DNA of 64,000 nt, taken from NCBI GenBank assembly GCA_964422035.1, contig CAYQZQ010000001.1, positions 515,025-579,024 on the forward strand. Direction: 5' to 3'. Under the pieces are notes generated by a model, which was not told where the DNA came from, searched no databases, and saw only the letters and a program-made list of their open reading frames with translations. Positions within the stretch are counted from its first letter, which is position 1; every line of letters starts with the position of its first letter. This DNA comes from an uncultured Pseudomonadales bacterium. GTDB lineage: Bacteria; Patescibacteriota; Microgenomatia; UBA1400; Chazhemtobacteraceae. Of this stretch, positions 19,161 to 28,211 are shown one piece after another. The position numbers and the translations under genes were made by a program.

Positions 19161-20069
19161 TTATTCAAGTTCAATGTCATGTTTTTTAAGCTTTTTGAGA
19201 ACTTTGTTTACGGATTTTTCTCCGATGTTTTTAACTTCTTTAAGCTCTGCTTCGGTTGACTCTTCAAAGTCAGCTAAAGTCTGATAGCCGCCTTTTTTAA
19301 GAGCGTTAGTGATACGAGTAGGTAGCTCTAGATCTTCAACCGGCTGGGATAGAATGGCTTTAACCTCTTGGGATTGACCCTCTTCCTCTTCTTGGAAAGT
19401 TGGGTGAATGATTTGTTCGAAGTATTCGACTAAGATTGAGGCGGCTTCTTCAACTGCCTCTTGAGGAGTTACAGCTCCATTGGTCTCTACCATTAGTTTT
19501 AGTTTGTCCAGATCGGTGCGACGACCAACACGGGTGGCTTCAACCATGTAGTTAGCACTGGTAACAGGAGTGAAAACAGAGTCTAAAGCAAGAACTCCTA
19601 CTTCGTCGATGTCGCGCTCTTCTGCGGTTACGTAACCGGTGCCACGTTCTATCGTAATGGTAGCTTTAAGCTTGGCACTGTCATCGGTTAAGGTAGCTAA
19701 GTGATGATCAGGATTGGTGATTTCAAGATCAGGCTGGGTTTTAAGATCAGCAGCTGTTACTTTTTGCTTGCCAGAAACGTCTAGTTTAACAGTGGTAGGA
19801 CCTTCACCATCAAGTTTGAAGTTAACTTCTTTAATGTTAAGTAGAAGATTAACAACGTCTTCTTTCATACCGTTGATGGTAGAAAATTGATGACGGACGC
19901 CGTCGATACTAATCTGAGTTGGAGCAGCTCCAGAAAGATTAGATAACAAGACGCGGCGAAGGGCGTTACCTAAGGTGTGACCAAAGCCCTTTTCTAACGG
20001 CTCGATGTGTATCTCGGCATAGTTTTCTTTGGTAACTTCTGGGGTGAGTTTAAAGTTTGGTTTGTTCAT
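19161..20069 (-). CDS. rpoA: RNA polymerase alpha subunit
   Basis: EPLEKGFGHTLGNALRRVLL; CTD LELPTRITNALK...NIGEKS. Confidence 0.98.
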   Translation of the reverse strand: MNKPNFKLTPEVTKENYAEIHIEPLEKGFGHTLGNALRRVLLSNLSGAAPTQISIDGVRHQFSTINGMKEDVVNLLLNIKEVNFKLDGEGPTTVKLDVSGKQKVTAADLKTQPDLEITNPDHHLATLTDDSAKLKATITIERGTGYVTAEERDIDEVGVLALDSVFTPVTSANYMVEATRVGRRTDLDKLKLMVETNGAVTPQEAVEEAASILVEYFEQIIHPTFQEEEEGQSQEVKAILSQPVEDLELPTRITNALKKGGYQTLADFEESTEAELKEVKNIGEKSVNKVLKKLKKHDIELE

Positions 20070-20111
20070 GTTTGTTTTGGCTAAAGACCAAAAGAGTTCG
20101 TCAGTTGGTTA

Positions 20112-20720
20112 TTAGCGTGAATAATATTCAATAATTAATTGTTCATCTATGTGATCAGCTATTTCCTCTCTTGAGGGTAGTGATTTGATTTTGACAAGGG
20201 TGGCTTTTCTTTGCAGCCAACTTGGATGTTGCAGTTTGTCTTCTTCTTCATGAAGCTCTTGGACAGCGGGGATGTTCATGACTTTGTCTTTAACTGTAAT
20301 AATTTCTCCTGGTTTTACCTGATATGAGGGGATGTCAACTTTTTGATCATCTACCTTGACGTGGCCATGGGAGACGAGTTGGCGAGCCATGCGTCTGGTA
20401 GGAGCCAGATTAGCTCGAAAGACAACATTATCTAGGCGAGTCTCAAGTAGTTGGAGAAGTCTAAGACCAGTGTTGGCGGGGTTTTTAAGAGCCTTTTTGT
20501 AGTAGCGCTTGAATTGTTTTTCCAGTACACCGTAGATGCGTTTTACCTTTTGCTTTTCTCGAAGCTGAACACCGTAGTCAGACATGCGACGCTGGTATTT
20601 TTTACCGTGTTGGCCTGGAGGTTGGGCGCCCTGCTTGTCTAGAGGACATTTTTTGGCATTGCACAACCTGACACCTTCGCGGCGGCAGAGTTTGTGGATT
20701 GAGCCTGTATATCTAGCCAT
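20112..20720 (-). CDS. rpsD: 30S ribosomal protein S4
   Basis: MARYTG, LREKQK, LETRLDNVV, IIEYYSR. Confidence 0.98.
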   Translation of the reverse strand: MARYTGSIHKLCRREGVRLCNAKKCPLDKQGAQPPGQHGKKYQRRMSDYGVQLREKQKVKRIYGVLEKQFKRYYKKALKNPANTGLRLLQLLETRLDNVVFRANLAPTRRMARQLVSHGHVKVDDQKVDIPSYQVKPGEIITVKDKVMNIPAVQELHEEEDKLQHPSWLQRKATLVKIKSLPSREEIADHIDEQLIIEYYSR

Positions 20721-20748
20721 TTGTGTATTTAAGTTTTAAATTAATAAA

Positions 20749-21165
20749 TTAGACTCGACGGGTCTTTTTAGGACGACAACCATTGTGTGGAATAGGAGTA
20801 ACGTCAGAGATTTTAATGATCTCAAGACCGGCGTTACGTAGAACCCGCAGAGCGGAGTCACGACCGGGGCCGGGACCTTTGATGAAGACTTCGACTGATT
20901 TTAGACCTTTTTCTTTAGCTTGCTTGACTGCTTCCTGAAGAGTGGTGGTGACAGCGTAAGGAGTTGACTTGCGGGTACCTTTAAAACCGACCTGACCGGT
21001 GGAGACAGAGGCAATTGTGTTGCCTTTGTCATCGGTGAAGTTGACGATGGTGTTATTGAAGGTAGCTTTGACGTACATGCGACCCTTGCTAACAGCTAGA
21101 CGAGAGCGGTTGCTCTTAGTCTGCTTTTTGCTTTTGGTTTGGTCTTGGTCTTTTTTAGTTGCCAT
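20749..21165 (-). CDS. rpsK: 30S ribosomal protein S11
   Basis: ATFNNTIV, KSTPYA, DVTPIPHNGCRP. Confidence 0.98.
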   Translation of the reverse strand: MATKKDQDQTKSKKQTKSNRSRLAVSKGRMYVKATFNNTIVNFTDDKGNTIASVSTGQVGFKGTRKSTPYAVTTTLQEAVKQAKEKGLKSVEVFIKGPGPGRDSALRVLRNAGLEIIKISDVTPIPHNGCRPKKTRRV

Positions 21166-21180
21166 ATTTATTTATTTGTA

Positions 21181-21618
21181 TTATTCCTTTTTTTCTTTCT
21201 TTTCAGGGCTTTCAGACTTTGGAGAGGATTTGTCGCCAACTTTTTGACGAATCTCTTTGGTCATAGCACCAACGGTCTTTCGCTTACCTCTTCTGGTACG
21301 AGCATTGGTGCGAGTGCGCTGACCTCTAACTGGTAGGCCACTTTGATGACGATCGCCTCTGTAGGAGCCGGTTCTTTTAAGCCTTTGAATGTTGTCGCGG
21401 ATTTGTTTTTTAAGATCTCCTTCGGTTGGAGTCTTGTCAATAAGATTGGCCAAAATTTGAATCTGGTCTCCTTTTAGATCCTTGGCTCTGGTATCAGGAT
21501 CGATGTTTGCCTGTTTGACTAGATTTAAAGCCTTAGAACGACCAACACCGAAGATGTCTGTTAAGGCAACTTTGATGGGTTTGTCGTTGGCTATATCGAC
21601 TCCGGCGATACGTGGCAT
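21181..21618 (-). CDS. rpsM: 30S ribosomal protein S13
   Basis: MPRIAGV, GLPVRGQRTRTNARTR. Confidence 0.98.
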   Translation of the reverse strand: MPRIAGVDIANDKPIKVALTDIFGVGRSKALNLVKQANIDPDTRAKDLKGDQIQILANLIDKTPTEGDLKKQIRDNIQRLKRTGSYRGDRHQSGLPVRGQRTRTNARTRRGKRKTVGAMTKEIRQKVGDKSSPKSESPEKKEKKE

Positions 21619-21640
21619 GTTTTTATATTTTTAATAATGA

Positions 21641-21754
21641 TTATCCTTGTCGTTGTTTGTGGCGGGGGTTGTCACAGATGACATAGACTACGCCTTTACG
21701 ACGGACGATTTTACAATTTTGACAGCGTTTTTTTACTGATGCTTTAACTTTCAT
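21641..21754 (-). CDS. rpmJ: 50S ribosomal protein L36 (Zn-binding type)
   Basis: Manual translation [37 protein letters not shown]; below the ORF-track cutoff. Confidence 0.97.
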   Translation of the reverse strand: MKVKASVKKRCQNCKIVRRKGVVYVICDNPRHKQRQG

Positions 21755-21761
21755 AAGCGCT

Positions 21762-21787
21762 AAAAAATCAAGCAGAGACTGCTTGAT
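21762..21787 (-). terminator. Intrinsic terminator-like hairpin between infA and rpmJ
   Basis: ATCAAGCAG-TCT-CTGCTTGAT-TTTTT on the minus strand. Confidence 0.6.
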
Positions 21788-21804
21788 AGTTAAATGACTG
21801 ATAA

Positions 21805-22032
21805 CTATTTATTACGATAAACTATGCGACCTTTAGAGTCGTCATAGGGGGTCATTTCGATCTCAACCTCATCTCCTGGCATGACTCTAATGCGGTACAT
21901 GCGCATCTTGCCTGAGAGGTGAGCGATTATCTTGTGACCGTCATCTAACTCGACTCGAAACTGAGTGTTGGGCAGAGCTTCAGTTACTGTGCCTTTGACT
22001 GTGGTCACTTGATTGTTTTTATTAGGTGCCAT
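21805..22032 (-). CDS. infA: Translation initiation factor IF-1
   Basis: [20 protein letters not shown]...GRI. Confidence 0.97.
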   Translation of the reverse strand: MAPNKNNQVTTVKGTVTEALPNTQFRVELDDGHKIIAHLSGKMRMYRIRVMPGDEVEIEMTPYDDSKGRIVYRNK

Positions 22033-22054
22033 AGGTTTGTTTGTACGAGTTAGT

Positions 22055-22084
22055 ATTATAGCAAAGTAAGCTAATTTTGGCCAA
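22055..22084 (-). promoter_or_regulatory. sigma70-type promoter of infA
   Basis: TTGGCC-18 nt-TATAAT with extended TG. Confidence 0.55.
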
Positions 22085-22118
22085 TTTTCAGGCTGGAGCG
22101 GTTAAATTGATTTGATGA

Positions 22119-22853
22119 TTATTCGGTTAGAATTATCGGACCATCTTGAGTTATGAAGATTGTGTGCTCCACAAGGGCAGAAAGTGAGCCGTCTTTGGTG
22201 GTAATTGTCCAGTTGTCGTCAAGTAATTTAATCTTTTCTGATCCCTGAGTGTACATGGGCTCAATAGCCATGGCCTGGCCTGCTTTAAGCTCAAAATCGC
22301 TGTTTTTAGGATCAAAGTAGTTGGGGATGTAGGGGTCTTGATGAAGCTTTTTGCCGATACCGTGACCGGTTAAGTCTCGAACAGGAGTATAGCCGGAGGA
22401 GACGATGACCTCTTCAATGGCTCTACTTATATCACTTACTTTATTGCCAGCCTGGGCTTTTTTAATACCTGCAGACAATGCCTGCCAACCGGTATTGATA
22501 AATTTTTCAAGGTCTTTTTTTGGATTGCCTGCAACTACTGTAGTTGAGGTATCGGTGTGATAATTTTTGTATAAAAGACCCAGATCTATACTAACCAGAT
22601 CAGAGTCTTTAAAAGGAATTTGGGAGGGAATGCCATGAACCAGACCGTCATTAACGTTGATGCAAGTAGCGTGATGATAATCGGGGACAGTCTTAAAAGA
22701 GGCTTGACCACCAGTTTTTTTAATTAAAGTATTAGCTAGATTCTCAATTTCAACTGGAGCAACGCCGGGCTTGACGGCATCGGCTAGTTGATTTCTGATG
22801 TCGGAGAGCATTTTACCGCCCTCTTTCATTACTTTAAGTTTCTTTTTATTCAT
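22119..22853 (-). CDS. map: Methionine aminopeptidase type I
   Basis: VHGIP, IDLG, TDTS, GHGIG, AIEPM, EHT. Confidence 0.95.
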   Translation of the reverse strand: MNKKKLKVMKEGGKMLSDIRNQLADAVKPGVAPVEIENLANTLIKKTGGQASFKTVPDYHHATCINVNDGLVHGIPSQIPFKDSDLVSIDLGLLYKNYHTDTSTTVVAGNPKKDLEKFINTGWQALSAGIKKAQAGNKVSDISRAIEEVIVSSGYTPVRDLTGHGIGKKLHQDPYIPNYFDPKNSDFELKAGQAMAIEPMYTQGSEKIKLLDDNWTITTKDGSLSALVEHTIFITQDGPIILTE

Positions 22854-22919
22854 ATGTGAGTATTTTACTAGCCTGATGAGTTAAGTACAAAAAAACACCG
22901 AAAGAAAGGATAATGATCT

Positions 22920-23474
22920 TTAAGAAAGCTTTTGGACGATGTCCTGGTGAATAGTGTCAATATCAGGACTGCCATTGATTTTAAGAAGTAGATCTTTGTC
23001 TTGATAAAACTTAATTAAAGGCTTGGTTTGTCGATGATATTCTTTTAAGCGGTTTTTGATTATTTGAGGACTGTCGTCTGAGCGGTTTTCCTTTTTTGCT
23101 CGTTTTAAAAGTCTTTGAGTGGCTTCTTGATCAGTGAGGGAAAGAAAAATAACTTTTTTTATCTGGATATCGTTTTGGGTAAAAAACCAGTCCAAATGTT
23201 GGGCTTGAGAAAGATTGCGAGGAGCCCCGTCGAGAATAAAACCCTGAGAAGTAGTGAGGATTTTCTCTTCCATTAACTCCAAAATGGTATCAAAGGGGAC
23301 AAACTCACCTCTGTCCAGATATGATTTAATGGCTTCTGATTTATCGGTGTCTTTTTTGACTTGGTCTCGTAGAAGTTGGCCGGTTGAGATATGTAAGAGA
23401 TTGAATTTTTCAGCTAAAAGTTTGGCTTGGGTGCCCTTACCTGACCCGGGCGGGCCTAGAAAGATTAAATTCAT
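22920..23474 (-). CDS. adk: Adenylate kinase (short LID)
   Basis: GPPGSGKGTQA, LDGAPR, RSDD; start at MNLIF, 6 nt after TATACT. Confidence 0.95.
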   Translation of the reverse strand: MNLIFLGPPGSGKGTQAKLLAEKFNLLHISTGQLLRDQVKKDTDKSEAIKSYLDRGEFVPFDTILELMEEKILTTSQGFILDGAPRNLSQAQHLDWFFTQNDIQIKKVIFLSLTDQEATQRLLKRAKKENRSDDSPQIIKNRLKEYHRQTKPLIKFYQDKDLLLKINGSPDIDTIHQDIVQKLS

Positions 23475-23510
23475 AAAGATAGTATACAAGGCGCAAAGAT
23501 AATTTAAAAC

Positions 23511-23570
23511 AAAAAAATCCTCCCTAGGGAAGTAAAATCACGGTGTGTGATTTCCCTGAGGGAGGTTTTT
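23511..23570 (-). terminator. Long GC-rich hairpin/terminator closing the inserted two-gene cassette
   Basis: AAAATCCTCCCT-AGGGAA...TTCCCTG-AGGGAGGTTTT with A/T tracts on both sides. Confidence 0.65.
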
Positions 23571-23575
23571 GTCCT

Positions 23576-23845
23576 TTATGAAAAAAGCTTGCGGACGACG
23601 GGAACGGTGTCAGTGAGGTAGAAGACGAAAGAGGTAACGACTATGACGGCCCAACTAGTTTGAGAATGACCAGAGGCAAGTAAGTTGGTTATACCAATGT
23701 AAATGGCTGATACTGTTAATGCCAAACGAAGAATCTTTAAGTACCAGCATTTCTGACTGAACAGGAACTGAGGATCATATATTGATATAGCAACATAAGG
23801 GGAAATCAGTAGAATGCTGAAGATGACTGTAGGTGGGAACATCAA
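23576..23845 (-). CDS. Small hypothetical membrane protein (3 TM)
   Basis: Hydrophobic; AAAGGAG SD; start overlaps upstream stop. Confidence 0.55.
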   Translation of the reverse strand: MMFPPTVIFSILLISPYVAISIYDPQFLFSQKCWYLKILRLALTVSAIYIGITNLLASGHSQTSWAVIVVTSFVFYLTDTVPVVRKLFS

Positions 23846-24018
23846 TTTTCTCCTTTGGTAAATTTGGATGAGTTTTTAATCCTGGCGATAAAACAGAGTG
23901 ACAGGCCGATCAGAAAGGGAATAACTACCCAAGTTCCGATCGTGTAACCTGAAAGACTAAAGATGGTAAAAAGGGTAGAGGTGCCAAAGACAAGCGCAAG
24001 TCCTATATCTAACAACAT
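23842..24018 (-). CDS. Small hypothetical membrane protein (2 TM)
   Basis: AAGGAGG SD 5 nt before ATG (MLLDIG). Confidence 0.55.
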   Translation of the reverse strand: MLLDIGLALVFGTSTLFTIFSLSGYTIGTWVVIPFLIGLSLCFIARIKNSSKFTKGEN

Positions 24019-24115
24019 CTTTTCCTCCTTTTGGAACATAGACTATCTTTTTGGCTGCTTTTTTCACAAATTAAGGTGCGAAAATAAGGCTAGATACGCT
24101 TATTTGTATGAGAGT

Positions 24116-24144
24116 AATATACTATTATATAGGATATAAGTCAA
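24116..24144 (-). promoter_or_regulatory. sigma70-type promoter of the two-gene cassette
   Basis: TTGACT-17 nt-TATATT. Confidence 0.6.
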
Positions 24145-24190
24145 GTCGTGCTGGAGGCTGGAAAAGATAAATATCAGGAGGGTTTTGTGT

Positions 24191-25471
24191 TTAGAGGAAC
24201 TTGTCGTAATTTCTCATAACCAGCTGGGCCTGGACATCTTTAGTAGTCTCCAGGACTACTGAAACAACGATTAGAAGACCTGTGCCCCCGATGGCTAGTG
24301 ACTGGATGTTGGTGATTTGTTGAGCTAGATTAGGCAGAATGGCAATTAAGCCCAGAAAGACAGCCCCGGCGGCGGTGATGCGGGTAAGGATGTAGGAAAG
24401 ATGTTTGGCGGTGGGTGTACCTGGCCTGACTCCGGGAATAAAACCACCATTTTTCTTTAGTTGTTCAGAGATTTTATCGGGATCAAAAACCACGGCCGTA
24501 TAGAAGAAGGTGAAAGCGACTACCAAAACAAAATAGACACCGTTATATAAGAATGAGTCGGGAGTAAATTGATTAGCAAAAAAGTAACCAAGGTTTGATA
24601 GAGCAGGATTGGCAACAGAGGTAAGAAAATTGCCCAGCATTGATGGAAGAAGCATTAGAGAGACGGCGAAGATGATGGGGATAACTCCTGCTTGATTTAA
24701 GCGCAGCGGTAGGTGACTCATCTGGCCACCGGGGGTGGATTGATTGCGGGAACGACGGGCGTACTGAACGGTAATCTCTCTTTGGGCTTGGGTTATCTTG
24801 ACGACAAAGTAAATGACAGCGATTGCCAGGGCAGCAAAAACCAATAGATTAGTAGTTTGACGAGCTTGAGTGGTGGCAGTTGTCTGAAAGAGCGAGATAG
24901 GTAAGCGACCAACGATGCCGGCGAAGATGATGATGGAGACTCCGTTGCCGATGCCGTACTCGGTGATAAGCTCACCCAGCCAAGTTAAAAGAAGGGTGCC
25001 GGTAGTGAGGGTAACAATAATGGTAATAAGCTGCAAGGGCGAGGAGATAATAGCAATACCCTGGCTTTTTAGGAGAGTGATTAAACCAAAACTTTGAATG
25101 ATAGATAGCGGGATGGTCAGCCAACGAGTATATTGATTGATTTTTTCCTGTCCGTACTGACCTTCTTCACGGAGCTTTTCAAGTTGAGGGATGACCATGG
25201 ACATCATCTGGAGAATAATGGAGGCATTGATGTAGGGATTAACACCCAAAGCCATGATGGAAAGATTAGCCAGGGTACCCCCTGAGAAAAGATCTAACAA
25301 TGAGAGAAATGCAGAGCCGGAGAAAAGTCTTTGCAGAGTAGCGTGATCGATGCCGGGAACAGGTACATGAGCAGCAAAACGAAAGATGGTAAGAATTAGA
25401 AAGGTAACCAGAAGTTGGTTGCGGAGTTTTTTTACTTTGAAAATGTTTTTTAGAGTTGCTATAACACTCAT
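24191..25471 (-). CDS. secY: Preprotein translocase SecY
   Basis: LGVNPYINASII, AGVIPIIFA, GGFIPGVRPG, GGTGLLIVV. Confidence 0.98.
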   Translation of the reverse strand: MSVIATLKNIFKVKKLRNQLLVTFLILTIFRFAAHVPVPGIDHATLQRLFSGSAFLSLLDLFSGGTLANLSIMALGVNPYINASIILQMMSMVIPQLEKLREEGQYGQEKINQYTRWLTIPLSIIQSFGLITLLKSQGIAIISSPLQLITIIVTLTTGTLLLTWLGELITEYGIGNGVSIIIFAGIVGRLPISLFQTTATTQARQTTNLLVFAALAIAVIYFVVKITQAQREITVQYARRSRNQSTPGGQMSHLPLRLNQAGVIPIIFAVSLMLLPSMLGNFLTSVANPALSNLGYFFANQFTPDSFLYNGVYFVLVVAFTFFYTAVVFDPDKISEQLKKNGGFIPGVRPGTPTAKHLSYILTRITAAGAVFLGLIAILPNLAQQITNIQSLAIGGTGLLIVVSVVLETTKDVQAQLVMRNYDKFL

Positions 25472-25475
25472 GATG

Positions 25476-25922
25476 TTATTTTACCGTTCCCTCTTGAGCT
25501 TTAACAGCGCTGGCTGCACCTTTGGAGATATTAATCTCGTCGGTGATGGTTAGCTTTTTTTCTAGTTTGCCTCGTTTGAGGATCTTGATGCCACGCTTTT
25601 TAGCTTCTTGGGCACTGAGATTAAACTCCTCAACTAGTTTTTCCACAGTTACTTTAGAGCCGGAACGCAGATTATTAAGCTGTTGAGTGTGAATTAAAAT
25701 TGGGCTTGGTTTTAAGGGCTTGAAACGTCCTTTACCACGAAGCAATGGGATGGCACGAATAAAGGGTAGTTGGCCTCCCTCAAACCACAATGGGATTTTA
25801 GAACGAGATTTTTGTCCTTTCATACCTCTGTTGGTGGTGTGACCACCTTTGCCTGAACCATAGCCGCGGCCTAGTCTTTTTTTCTTGTTTTTGGTGATTT
25901 TGGGTAGATTAGATAGATCCAT
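25476..25922 (-). CDS. rplO: 50S ribosomal protein L15
   Basis: RLGRGYGSGKG, KGQKSR, FEGGQLP. Confidence 0.97.
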   Translation of the reverse strand: MDLSNLPKITKNKKKRLGRGYGSGKGGHTTNRGMKGQKSRSKIPLWFEGGQLPFIRAIPLLRGKGRFKPLKPSPILIHTQQLNNLRSGSKVTVEKLVEEFNLSAQEAKKRGIKILKRGKLEKKLTITDEINISKGAASAVKAQEGTVK

Positions 25923-26680
25923 TATTTTTGAGGAAAGTAATTTCTGATTTCTTCAAGACCTTTTTTGCCGATACCGGAGATGTCTAGTAGTTGTTGATCA
26001 TCCATGTTAGCAATCTTGGAGGTGGTGATTTTAGCATCAGTTAGGGCATTTTCTGTTCTGGTGGAGAGTTGACTGAAGTCTTTGGCGGTTCTTTCTGCCT
26101 TTTTCTCTTCAGTTGGCTTGTCAACTTGTTTTTTAGTCTTTTTGGTTTTTTGGCTAGGCTTTTCTTGTTTTTCGTCTTGATCGATACCGGCTAGTTTTTT
26201 TCGATGAGCATGTTTTTTCTCTAGTTGTTCAATTTTCTCTAGAGCTTTCATGGTAGCAAAAACGTTGGTTAGCTTGTTGTTATTGCCAAGCATTTTGGCG
26301 ACGATGTCTTTAACTCCGGCTACTTCGACTACGGCTCTGACTGAACCACCGGCGATAACACCGGTGCCGGGAGGAGCAGGTTTAAGTAAAACTCTAGCAG
26401 CTGAGAACTCAGCGATTATAGAGTGGGGGATGGTGCCGTCTACCAGTGGTAGGTTGACCAACTTACGGGTAGCTTTACGAGAGGCTTTTTGAATGGCAGA
26501 TTTAACACCAGGTGCCTTGCCTAGACCAACACCGACTCTACCTTTGTGATCACCGAGAACAACGAGGGCAGTAAAACTGATGCGGTTGCCTCCTTTAGTT
26601 TTTTTAGAGACACGACGGATCTGAAGAACTTTTTGATCGAAGCCTTGTTGATTTTGGTTTTGATTTCTGTTGTTAGCCAC
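25922..26680 (-). CDS. rpsE: 30S ribosomal protein S5 with C-terminal alpha-CTD/HhH-like domain
   Basis: [21 protein letters not shown]; extra ~100 aa ending LSTRTENAL...[10 protein letters not shown]. Confidence 0.97.
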   Translation of the reverse strand: MANNRNQNQNQQGFDQKVLQIRRVSKKTKGGNRISFTALVVLGDHKGRVGVGLGKAPGVKSAIQKASRKATRKLVNLPLVDGTIPHSIIAEFSAARVLLKPAPPGTGVIAGGSVRAVVEVAGVKDIVAKMLGNNNKLTNVFATMKALEKIEQLEKKHAHRKKLAGIDQDEKQEKPSQKTKKTKKQVDKPTEEKKAERTAKDFSQLSTRTENALTDAKITTSKIANMDDQQLLDISGIGKKGLEEIRNYFPQK

Positions 26681-26709
26681 TTTAGTGTGTATAAATTGTA
26701 GTAATGATA

Positions 26710-27063
26710 TTAAATTTCCAGCCCTGCTTTGCGAGCAGCTTGAGTGAAAGCCTTGATACGACCGTGATAACGATAAGGACCGCGGTCTAAGACAGCTTGC
26801 TTGATACCTTCCTGTTTGGCTTGTTTGGCCAGTTTTTCACCAAGTTTTTGAGCTTTTTGGGTTTTGGTTAAATCCTTACCCTTAACATTGATGGTTGAAA
26901 GAGCTAAAAGAGTTTCTTCTGCCTGGTCATCGATCAGCTGAGCATGAAGATGTTGATTTGAACGAAAAACACTCAGGCGGGGTTTTCGAGCGGTTCCATT
27001 GATCTTGGAGCGTACTCTTGTTTTTCGTTTTTGAGCTTTGGTTTTTGTGTGATGTCTAATCAT
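26710..27063 (-). CDS. rplR: 50S ribosomal protein L18
   Basis: PRLSVFRSN, DRGPYRYHGR. Confidence 0.97.
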   Translation of the reverse strand: MIRHHTKTKAQKRKTRVRSKINGTARKPRLSVFRSNQHLHAQLIDDQAEETLLALSTINVKGKDLTKTQKAQKLGEKLAKQAKQEGIKQAVLDRGPYRYHGRIKAFTQAARKAGLEI

Positions 27064-27065
27064 AT

Positions 27066-27629
27066 TTAAATTCCTTCCCCGGCAGCACCGACCTTAGCAG
27101 CTTTTCCAGGCTTGCGACGGACCAGTTCATCATGATAACGAATACCTTTGCCCTGGTAGGGCTCTGGAGGCCTTAGACGACGTATTTGAGCTGCTGTCTG
27201 GCCTACTAATTGTTTATCTATGCCCTTAACTGTGATGCGGTCTCTTTCTTCGACTTCAAATTCAATACCATCAGGTGCTTTAACCTCAACTGGATGAGAG
27301 AAGCCTAAAGTCATGGAAAGATCAGAACCCTGTTTCTGGACACGATATCCAGTGCCGTGCAGCTCAAGTTTTTTCTGGTAACCTTCTGAAACGCCTTGGA
27401 TCATGTTGTTGACTAGAGAACGAGTCAGGCCGTGAAGAGATTTGGTGGGCTTGAGGTTATCAGCTCTTTTGAAGATAAGCTGGTTATCTTTTTTGGTAAT
27501 GGTGATTTTAGAATCAAATTTATCTTTAAGCTCACCTTTGGGACCTTTGACGACAACTTGATTATCATCGTTTATGTCTACGGTGATTTTTTCGGGTATG
27601 GTGATGGGTTGATTTCCAATACGTGACAT
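27066..27629 (-). CDS. rplF: 50S ribosomal protein L6
   Basis: MSRIG, GPKG, PPEPYQGKGIRY. Confidence 0.98.
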   Translation of the reverse strand: MSRIGNQPITIPEKITVDINDDNQVVVKGPKGELKDKFDSKITITKKDNQLIFKRADNLKPTKSLHGLTRSLVNNMIQGVSEGYQKKLELHGTGYRVQKQGSDLSMTLGFSHPVEVKAPDGIEFEVEERDRITVKGIDKQLVGQTAAQIRRLRPPEPYQGKGIRYHDELVRRKPGKAAKVGAAGEGI

Positions 27630-27633
27630 AGGT

Positions 27634-28017
27634 TTACCAGATTTGACAAATTAATTCTCCGCCAAGGTTTTTCTTGCGAGCCTCTTTATCGGTCATTAGA
27701 CCTTGGGAGGTAGACAGTATTACCAAGCCACGACCGGACAGGGCGTAGGGAATCTTGTCAGAAGTAGTGTAGCGGCGCAGACCCGGTTTGGAGATAAGGG
27801 ATAGATGAGTTATTAAAGCTTGTTCGTCTAAGTAAAGAAGTTGACATTGAAGTTTGGCTGGAGTTTCGTCAATTTTTTCAATTTCGCCTATGTAGCCATG
27901 ATCGGAAAGAATCTGGGCTAGTGAGTTATTAAATTTTGAGTAAGGAAGAGTAACCTGCTTGTGTTTAGCAGCGTAGGCGTTTTTGATGATGGTAATAAAG
28001 TTAGATAGTGAGCTCAT
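27634..28017 (-). CDS. rpsH: 30S ribosomal protein S8
   Basis: ISKPGLRRY, ILSTSQG, GGELIC. Confidence 0.97.
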   Translation of the reverse strand: MSSLSNFITIIKNAYAAKHKQVTLPYSKFNNSLAQILSDHGYIGEIEKIDETPAKLQCQLLYLDEQALITHLSLISKPGLRRYTTSDKIPYALSGRGLVILSTSQGLMTDKEARKKNLGGELICQIW

Positions 28018-28018
28018 T

Positions 28019-28204
28019 TTATTTACTTGATTTAACTACTCCTGGTAAATGACCTTGGTGGGCAAGCTCTCGGAAACAGATTCTGCATAGGCCAAACAGT
28101 CTAATGTACCCACGAGGACGACCGCAGATATTGCAGCGGTTTATTCCCTTGGTGGGATGATCTTTAAGTCTTTCTGACTTTAGTATTTTAGATTTTTTAG
28201 CCAT
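28019..28204 (-). CDS. rpsN: 30S ribosomal protein S14, short Zn-binding type
   Basis: [10 protein letters not shown]...[10 protein letters not shown]. Confidence 0.96.
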   Translation of the reverse strand: MAKKSKILKSERLKDHPTKGINRCNICGRPRGYIRLFGLCRICFRELAHQGHLPGVVKSSK

Positions 28205-28211
28205 GTTTTAG

